Assembly: GCF_001194135.2 (NCBI RefSeq)
Contig: NC_069002.1
Location: 601,013 to 636,935 of the forward strand
Direction of reading: 5' to 3'
DNA: 35,923 bases
Origin: Octopus bimaculoides
Lineage: Eukaryota
Under the pieces are notes generated by a model, which saw only the letters and a list, made by a program, of their open reading frames with translations, did no database searches and was not told the DNA's origin. This document shows positions 27,047 through 35,923 of the stretch, in pieces. The translations under genes were made by a program, and so were the position numbers. Positions within the stretch are counted from its first letter, which is position 1. The number at the start of each line of letters is the position of its first letter.

Positions 27047-27219
27047 AAGGCGGTGCGCTGACAGAATCATTAGCATGCCGGGCAAAATGCTTAGCGGCAC
27101 TTCACCAGTCTTTATGTTCTGAGTTCAAATTCGGCCGAGATTGACTTTGCCTTTCGGGGTCGATTAGATAAGTACCAGTTGAACACTGGGGTCGATGTAA
27201 TCCAGTTGCCTTTCCCTCC
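27047..27219 (+). mobile_element. tRNA-derived SINE copy (forward orientation)
   Basis: aaggcggtgcgctgacagaatcattagc...ctgagttcaaattcggccgag...ggggtcgatgtaatc; same family recurs at 17.3, 17.4 and 20.9 kb. Confidence 0.85.
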
Positions 27220-27289
27220 ACATTTCAGACTTTGTGCTTATAATAGTAAAGATTATTATATGCACATATAAATAACTACATAGGCACAC

Positions 27290-27320
<31 letters not shown>

Positions 27321-27517
27321 TTTCATTAGGTTTTTAACATCTGGTGTTTACCATACCATATATATATATATATATATATATATATGGTGGGGGGTGGCTC
27401 GTGTTGCTGTATGTATGCCTTTATACAAACACAGATATGTAAACACAATTAAATAGACATAAAAAGATATTCGGTTTTCATCGGGAAACAAAAGAACCCA
27501 ACAAACTGCGAAACTCG

Positions 27518-27600
<83 letters not shown>

Positions 27601-28250
27601 AGAATCGGCCAAAACAATCATCACACGAAAACAATCATCAGTCTATCACAAACAGACGGCAATTAGCTTCTAAACAGATCAGTTAAAACCGATCGCAATT
27701 AACGTCTTAAACACTTCGGTGAACACCGAAAGAGTTGAAAAAGAAATGAAACATGGAAGGAGATCGCTAAACATAAAAAGTGTGCAATAAAAACAATCAG
27801 TTTAAAAAGCGTTTAATGTAAACAAAGATAGACATAACTATATCGATCTAATGTAAACCAATAATGCATCGAATAAGCAGATCAATAACATTAACAGCAT
27901 TTAATCTCGTATTTACTTGAATGCATGCAATATACAAAAATATACAGAGATACATGCGGTGCCAATGCATGTGTGTGTGTGCGTGTATATATATGTTTGT
28001 ATGTATAATGGATATATTTCTATTTTTATAAATATACATGTCTATGGCTGGGTGTGAATGGATATGTGTGTGTACGTGTATATGTGTGTGTATGTGTATA
28101 TGTGTGAGTGTGTGTGTGCTTGTATACGAACATATATGTTTACATTTCTTGTTGTCGACACACCTGACGTAGACAACAGGTGAGTCTTGGGCAATTTGAT
28201 GCTGAACAACTGAACAACACAGTTGTAAAACTATAAGTCAGTGGACTTAC

Positions 28251-28324
28251 CTGCACATTATTTCGTGTGTTAATAACACCCGACACATTTCGGGATTCTT
28301 GTCTTGGCCCTCGTAAACGATGGC
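28251..28324 (-). CDS. coe: COE/EBF exon 5 equivalent (74 nt; [25 protein letters not shown])
   Basis: [21 protein letters not shown] is a recognised COE motif carrying the His and first Cys of the zinc knuckle. Acceptor tttctattgcag|GCC and donor CAG|gtaagt. Confidence 0.98.
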
Positions 28325-29442
28325 CTGCAATAGAAACGAAAAGATACATGAGACGCCTGCTGGGGATGTTCGCGAAAGCGGACGACAGAAACTAACAAAC
28401 ATAAATGACACAGAGTTCAGGGGTCTTCATATATATGTGGACCGGAAATTATATCAATGCAAGAAATAACTTTAAACACACACACACACACATATGTATG
28501 TATGTATGAGTGTGTGTGTGTACTCGTTTGCAGGTGAGTGGCCCAGATCTCATAAAAATCTGGATTGTGAATTTCTAGACTCATACAACACATGAATATA
28601 CTCTACAACCTGCAATGAGTACACTCATCTCATTTCTTCAATAAATAAATTGTGTGTACGTTGATGCATACACTTACAAACAAATAGATACATTCATTCG
28701 TCCATCAATACACACACATACACTCGCACGCGCATATATGTGTGTGTGTGCATAATTGATAACTATGTACATATGTGTGTGTGTGCGTGTGTGTGTGTGC
28801 GAATCTGTGCGTTCATTATTTGTATATAAATATATTTGTGTGTATGTGTGTGTCCATCTTTATATCTGCTACGATAATTTACTGCTCTACAGCACACACA
28901 AGTCAGCCGCCGTATTATTGACTCAAGCAAAGATATGGCCGTGACGGGTCGGTCGGGGGGGGGGCGGAAGGGGCGCCATAACGACCACATTCTCTTCTTG
29001 ACTTATTGGAGAGTCAAGGCATACATAGTAACACCTATACACACACACGCGCACACACACCATTATGTATGTATATATGTATGTGTGTGTATATATATTT
29101 AACTTCTCTCCTAACGTTATTGTGAGTGTGAGAGAGAGGGAGAGAGTAAGAAAGAAATACATATATATATATATGTGTGCAGTGTGTGTGTATGTATGTA
29201 TTTCGTGCTCACCCCTTTAAACCCTGAGAAAATATCAACCTATAAAATATAAAAGAGACCACTTGTTGTTTCTGTTGTTGTTGTTGTCATCGTCTATATT
29301 TTGGTGTCCGTTTTTTATTTATTTATTTATTTTTTTTAAAAATCATTTTTGTAATTCCTTCTGGAATTTTTGCTCAAGACAACAGTTTCGATATTAAAAA
29401 AAACGCGCGCGCACACACACATATACACGCACGCACGCACGC

Positions 29443-29474
<32 letters not shown>

Positions 29475-30007
29475 TATTTGTATGTGTGTGTGTGTGTGTG
29501 TGTGCAGGAGTCGCAGCAATGACTTTGATTTAAGAAGTCTGCATGTCAAAGAGTTCAATCTCAGTGCACGGCATCTTGGGGCAAGTATACAATCAATCCG
29601 GATTAACCAAAGGCTTGCGTGCAATGCAATATATATATATATATATATATATGCACTGACAGTCTGGCATTCAGGCAAACAGACAGACAAAAGAGAGATT
29701 CCATAGAAGTAGAGGTGGGAAATATGGTAAATAGAGCAGTAAAGAAACCCGAGAAAAGTCTTGGAAGAGGTTTGGCAGTGCCAAAATAAGGTTAAGGTAT
29801 TAACACCATGTTGACACTAACGAGCCTGTTGAAGACTCAAAGACTCCTTGGAACGGGACCAATTCTTCACTCTATTTAGAACATTCAAAAGACCACCAGG
29901 AAGTCAACCTGAAAAAGCAGGTTTTACCGCTTCTATAATTGTTCTGTCACAACTTCTTTCATATCCCTCCCTACCTCGTTCTCTATTAGTCCTCCTCCTC
30001 CTCCTCC

Positions 30008-30060
<53 letters not shown>

Positions 30061-30402
30061 CTTAACCTATTTCCCAGCCTATTTATATATTTGTCTAACT
30101 ACATATCTATTTATCTATCTGTGTTTACCTAGCTAGCTACCTACCTACCTACCTACCTATCTATCTATCTATCTAGCCACTGATCCATCCATCTATCCAT
30201 CCCTATATGTATGCATATAAGAATGTATGTATGTATGTATGTATGTATGTATGTGCGTGTGTGTCCGTCCGTTGAGCCTGGCTCACCTGAACCACGAGCT
30301 CCATCTAGTCAAGAAACATATGTAGCGTGCAGTTTACCCGCGCCTCTCCCTCAATTTGGATGTATGTGCGTGTACATTAAAGATAATGGTGTTATAGCTT
30401 AC

Positions 30403-30458
30403 CTGTTTAGTTACAGAGTCAATCAGTCTAACGTAAAGATCCTGTTCTTGTCGAACAC
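30403..30458 (-). CDS. coe: COE/EBF exon 4 equivalent (56 nt; GVRQEQDLYVRLIDSVTKQ)
   Basis: Translated by hand from the minus strand; matches the COE motif EQDLYVRLIDS. Acceptor ttttctcgacag|GT and donor CAG|gtaagc. Confidence 0.97.
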
Positions 30459-30847
30459 CTGTCGAGAAAAATAAATGGGAAAAAAAATGAATATTAAATG
30501 AATTCATGGTATCACAGTTTATTAATCGCGGCCCACAACCATTCGACTATCATACAATATTGTTGTTAAGCTTGGTTTGCAAGCCCCTTGTTACCGGTTC
30601 GAGTTCACTGTGTGGCCGTTGGATCACGTGCGTTTTTACCATCGTTTCACAAATGTTTTGAGGGAAATTTGCTCGTTGATGTAAGTTAACGACAAGATAG
30701 GTATCCTGCCCTAGAAAAATCCACCTCAACAGATTCCGTTCGACTCCAGGCGAACATGAGAAAATTGACGATAAATCGTTGACGACAATGATTGTCAATC
30801 CATACGGTACTACATACATCTAAACTATTCCAGCAACTCTCTTCACT

Positions 30848-31535
30848 CCACCCATCTCACAGTCAATACTTCTGACATCCTGCTTTTATTGACATACCCG
30901 CTTTCTATTCCACCCCTCTCCTAGTCAATACACCTGACATTACACACGTCCAGACTAATCTACCAATTTCCTGTCTACCAATTTCCTCATTCGATACATC
31001 TGACTTTCTTCTTGTCTACATTAAACTTTCGTAATTTTTCCTTCACAACTCCTATCCAAAACTTCTCACAAAATTACACACGTCCATTCTATACTATTTA
31101 CTCTACACACATCTTTCTGTCAATATGTCTCACAGAATTCATGTCCATGTTAATCTCGTTACTTTCTCCCCGATCATAGTTTCTCTGTCAAACAACCGGC
31201 AACATTTCCTCTCCATGCTCACCTGTCTCTTCCCCACTGCACCCATCTCATGGTCAATATCTCTGACACTGCAAATGTCCATAGTAACGTAGCTCGAGCC
31301 TCACTCCCAGTCGATACTTCTGACAGATTGCTGTTAACTATGTTAACATAGATCTTTCGTCTGTATACATCTGTCAGCTTATATCGCCGTCACATCCTCT
31401 ACCTCCACTACCTCCACCCCTGCTCCACTAGCTTCGACTTCTATCCACGTGGTATCAGTCAATACTTTTGACACAATTGCAATATCCATGTTAACATTGC
31501 TACCTTCTACGTAGAGACTCGCTGTCAATACTTTC
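30848..31535. repeat. Degenerate motif array, consensus about CCACCCATCTCACAGTCAATACTTCTGACA
   Basis: Core GTCAATAC-nnn-TGACA-like copies start at 30862, 30924, 30990, 31119, 31253, 31310, 31361, 31458 and 31524. Confidence 0.75.
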
Positions 31536-31629
31536 ACCATAACCATACAACCACCGGCAAATCTACGTTCCTTGAACAACAGCAACAACAATAAAAAAAC
31601 AGCAACCCACAATCAAATGTGTAACTTAC

Positions 31630-31693
31630 CGTTAGCATATAACAGCTGTAACCTATAATGTATTCCATTATTGGTTTTCTGGCTATCTGATTC
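31630..31693 (-). CDS. coe: COE/EBF exon 3 equivalent (64 nt; ESDSQKTNNGIHYRLQLLYANG)
   Basis: KTNNGIHYRLQLLY is a recognised COE motif. Acceptor ttctacttccag|GAA and donor ACG|gtaagt; in frame with the previous exon. Confidence 0.98.
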
Positions 31694-34600
31694 CTGGAAG
31701 TAGAAAACGGTCAAAAAATGACGGATATGCGAGTAATTTAAAACTATGAAAATTAAACAAAACAAAACATAAAACAAGCGAACAATGTTTTCTTCCACGT
31801 CCACCCTCTCCACTTCTTCATTCTAATAATCAGAAAAGATATTAAATCCAATACTAATAGTAAAAGCAGATATCGAATGCAAGAGGCCAAAAAGGATTCT
31901 CTTTCTCTAAACACGTCAATTCGGCATTTCAATGTCTGTTGCACATATAAACCGAAGGTGTCCAAGAAACAGAATCGGTAGAGCAATGGATTGGTTGACT
32001 TTTGGTAATTCATCCGGTTCTCTACACTGAGTACAAATCTCACCCAATTCATGGAAACCTTTCTTCGTTCGGAGTTCGATAAATAAAGTACAAGTCTTGC
32101 ACTGTAATTCTTCTATTTCCTATTCCCTGTCTGCCTCTCTTATCACTTTTTCTCCAAGAAATTGGCTGTGGTTAAACCTGGAGAGACCAGTTTAAAATCA
32201 CCAAAAATACGGAAAAGAAATTGCAATACAACCAGCATGAACATTTATACACTTTACACACAAATCCATGTTATGTTAAACGGGCAAATAAATGCGTGAT
32301 TCTGGCTCCATCCCGAGTTTTTACCATCTGAGATCACTTTCTACAGTATCTCCAAGAAAAAGCAAGAACGATGCAACTAAGGATTTTATAGAACATCATA
32401 AAAGATTTCTATAATTCTCCACGATTTTCTTGCTTAACGGTGTTCCATACGTTGCTTCGGTTGCTTCAGTTCGAGGCAAGACGTGTGTCACGTGACTCGA
32501 ATGTAGTGACGAGACGTAAATGTTTGCTAATTAGCAATTAATTTGGTCGACGTTGATGAGGTTAGCAGATAAAGTGTGATGTATGTAGGAAGAACAGATA
32601 ATATATGTACACACATATGTATCTACTCACGCTTGCACTTACATATGTATATACTTATATAATTGCACATCCAATTACAATATGTATTTGTGTGTATACA
32701 TACATATATGTATATATTTATATATACATTCGTATATATCTATGCTTATATATGTAACACACATGTGTATCTGTATATATATATATATATATATATACAT
32801 ACATACATACAGATATACATATACACACTCACACATATACATACCTGTATATGTGTGTGTGCTGATATAAATAGAAATAATATAACCGGAAGGATAAACA
32901 AATAAAACGAAAAGCGAAGAAAACAAATAAACAAGAAGAAAATATGAGACGTTAAAACTTATTACGAGCAAATAACGCGCACACACACACATGCGCACTT
33001 GCATATATATATGTACATATTAAAGATTTTATATTGCATATAATATTTTATAAATGTATGGGTATGAGAATATTCTGCACCACATATATATGCACGTATA
33101 TGCATATATTTGCACATATATGTATTTGTATATATATATTTGTGTATTTATATAAATCTATCTATCTATCTGGCTACATTTATATATGTATATATATATA
33201 TATATATATATACATACGTACGTACAGATACACTTATAAACACATGATATATAGTCGTAATAACACACACTCATTCCTAGACCGAGGCTGTGATTGCACT
33301 AAAGGCTATTTAAGCCTCCCTCTCTCACTAGACTAAATAAAAAATCTAGAAATATCTCACCTTCAGCCTACCTTTCCTACGTTTCCACCCCTTTATCCAC
33401 CTTGCCATTCACGAAGCAATGTTGTTAGCTCCACCTCAGTCGCACTCTAGCATCTCCCCGTGCAAAACTGGTGCTGGTTGTGACGGTGTACGGTGGTTAA
33501 ATTGATAGATGGACGGATGGATGCGTGGGTCGATGGATAAATGAATGGATGGCTAGATGTATAGTTCGTTGGAAGATGTATGCGCCGTCCATTTCTCCCC
33601 ACCCATCTACCCCCCTCTACATACCCTACCTAGCTAAACCTCCATCTTGATTTTCTGCTCTACCTTGTCACATCTTGGCAAACATTTAAATTTCTTCTCC
33701 CATTTTTTTCTTTTACATTTTTAAAAATCTTATTCCTTCCTCATTCGGTCTCCAGAAAAATGGTTAAAAATAACAATAAATGTATAAAAAAATGAAATAA
33801 AAAAAATACATATTCCTTTTTTTTTTTTTTTATTTGTAACATCTTATTTTTGTCGACATTTTAATTTAATTCCAAATTGTCTTCTTGTGCAATCCTTCCC
33901 CACCCAACATCTATTCTTTAAATATCTATCTATCTATTCTTCTTATATAGATTATATATATATATATCTAATCTTCTTTATTATTATTATTTTTTTTTTT
34001 CTGAAATTTACTTTATATCTTTCAGCCTGGATTCTTTCTTTCTTTTTTTCTTTCTTTCTTTCGTTGAGCAATAATATTATTTTCTGTTTTTTTTTATCTT
34101 AAAAAAAAATTGTAATAACTTCATCTTTTCTTCTTCACTTGAATTAAAGTTGATGGAGTTTAAAAAAAAAACGAATTCCACTACAATAAACACACACACA
34201 CACACACGTTCATATTTATATGCTGTCATTGTTGTCTTTTTTTCTTGCATTTTTGCACATTTTATTTGTCGTTCTTTTACTTTCACGTCCCTCCCAGCCA
34301 CAACCACCGACATCTCTCTCTCTCTGCTTCCAACATCTTTGCCAGAATTATTATGGCCCAGAGCAGACTACTACTACTACTACTACTACCGTTGGCAACT
34401 TCATTCAATTTTGAGAAATGCATTAAGTAACAACGGTGTTCAAACAACAACAACAATAGGAAACGACCAGCTAATACAACCAACCGGTTTCCCCTCCACC
34501 ATCACCACTACCATGTCCGGCGTCGCCACCCCCACCATTACCATTTGTATATATGTATCTCGTTGTACGTATATATATATATAAACACGCATCAATATAT

Positions 34601-34698
34601 ATACATATGTGTACACATAAATATAAATATATACATGCATATATACATAAATATGCACTCACACTTATATATACATATATATATTCATATACATATTT

Positions 34699-34733
<35 letters not shown>

Positions 34734-34746
34734 CACACATACACAC

Positions 34747-34796
<50 letters not shown>

Positions 34797-35412
34797 CACA
34801 CTTTATATATATGTATATATATATAGCCTGGCGTACATGTGTATACGCATATGCATGTGTACACGATAATAACAACTTGATACAAATAGCGTCCACATCT
34901 CTGTGCCATTCTTACTCAATTGTTTGAAATAAAAATAAAAGGCAGAATAGATTGGGTGGGAAATGGGTGATGCAATTCGGGGTATGAAGTGAGTGAAGAT
35001 AGAAATCAGCGGGATAGTCCCGGCTGGTACATCTTTGTTTTTTTGTCATCTTGGATCACGGATGAGCTGGGCTTAACAACCACAACAACGGCAACAAATC
35101 CGGAAAAATATGGTGCAAATGCCTTCAATCTTAACTTTGGTTTGCGTGAAAGATTGCGTCTGTTTCCATTTCTATTGATTAACTTGTGTGTTGTAGTTTT
35201 TGTTCTATTCGATTCCTTTATGTTTTGATAAATAATTGTCGATGAAATGAATACAAGACTTGATTGGAACAACTACCGTGGGTAGGGATTGATATAATCA
35301 GTTAAGATCCTTGCCCCAGCATGGCCGCAGTTCAAATATTAAAACTAGGAAACGACTAAAAGAAAAACAGCAAAGAAGTAAAAAATAATTAAGAATAGGA
35401 AACGATCGAAAC

Positions 35413-35566
35413 CTGATCTTTTTCAACGAAGTCTATGAATGCTGTCCTTTCCACCTCGACTGGTTGGCCCTGGCGATCGTACATGGCGAGCACAAAATGG
35501 AAAAAGTTGCTCTTTCGCAGGTTACTAGGTGGTTGTTTTTCGAAGTGGGCTCGACCCAACCCCACA
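35413..35566 (-). CDS. coe: COE/EBF transcription factor, coding exon equivalent to vertebrate exon 2 (154 nt; [51 protein letters not shown])
   Basis: Translation matches the recognised N-terminal COE DNA-binding motif [20 protein letters not shown]. Acceptor ttttctttgcag|T and donor CAG|gtttcg; starts phase 2, ends phase 0. Confidence 0.98.
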
Positions 35567-35654
35567 CTGCAAAGAAAAAAAAAAGACAATTAGAAAAATA
35601 AATTAAATAATACGAATAACAACAGCAATAATAATAATAATAATAATAATATTA

Positions 35655-35923
35655 ATAGAGTCAAAATTAAAAGAAGAGTGCCATTTGTTATCTGGTGAAC
35701 GATATTTCGACATCTCGTGTGTCTTCAACTGGTTCAAAAAATAAATTTGTCAATCTACTTCATTTTGGTTAATATAGAAAGGATTGAGGTAACTCCTCCT
35801 GAAGATATAGAGTCAAAATTAAAAGAAGAGTGCCATTTGTTATGTGGTGAACGATATTTCGACATCTCGTGTGTCTTCAACTGGTTCAAAAAATAAATTT
35901 GTCAATCTACTTCATTTTGGTTA
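35655..35923. repeat. 152-bp tandem duplication (one full copy plus 117 nt to window edge)
   Basis: atagagtcaaaattaaaagaagagtgcc starts at 35655 and 35807; one mismatch over the 117 nt compared. Confidence 0.95.

Noticed and set aside
30848-31535. CRISPR array interpretation of the repeat-spacer pattern
   Set aside because: Eukaryotic intron, degenerate repeats, irregular spacers and no cas genes.

Overview
Eukaryotic, microsatellite-saturated scaffold sequence with 11 N-gaps. The repeat content and tRNA-derived SINE family look cephalopod, probably Octopus (inference). The window holds five coding exons of a COE/EBF (collier/knot/Olf-1) transcription factor gene on the minus strand: 35413-35566, 31630-31693, 30403-30458, 28251-28324 and 24694-24762. 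All have GT-AG boundaries and join in frame, encoding the DNA-binding domain through the zinc knuckle ([14 protein letters not shown]). They correspond to vertebrate EBF exons 2-6. Exon 1 lies beyond the right edge. I found no exon 7 (RFFLKFF...RRFQ) in the called bases of 1-24693, so that region is probably one very long intron 6, unless exon 7 sits in a gap. Nearly all other listed ORFs are simple-repeat or N-run artefacts. The introns contain SINE copies, including a closely spaced inverted pair, and a mariner 5' fragment. They also contain a 152-bp tandem duplication, two degenerate motif arrays (one in exact 10-bp phase), a 64-nt perfect palindrome, two promoter-like motif clusters, and several candidate cryptic exons just downstream of exon 6.
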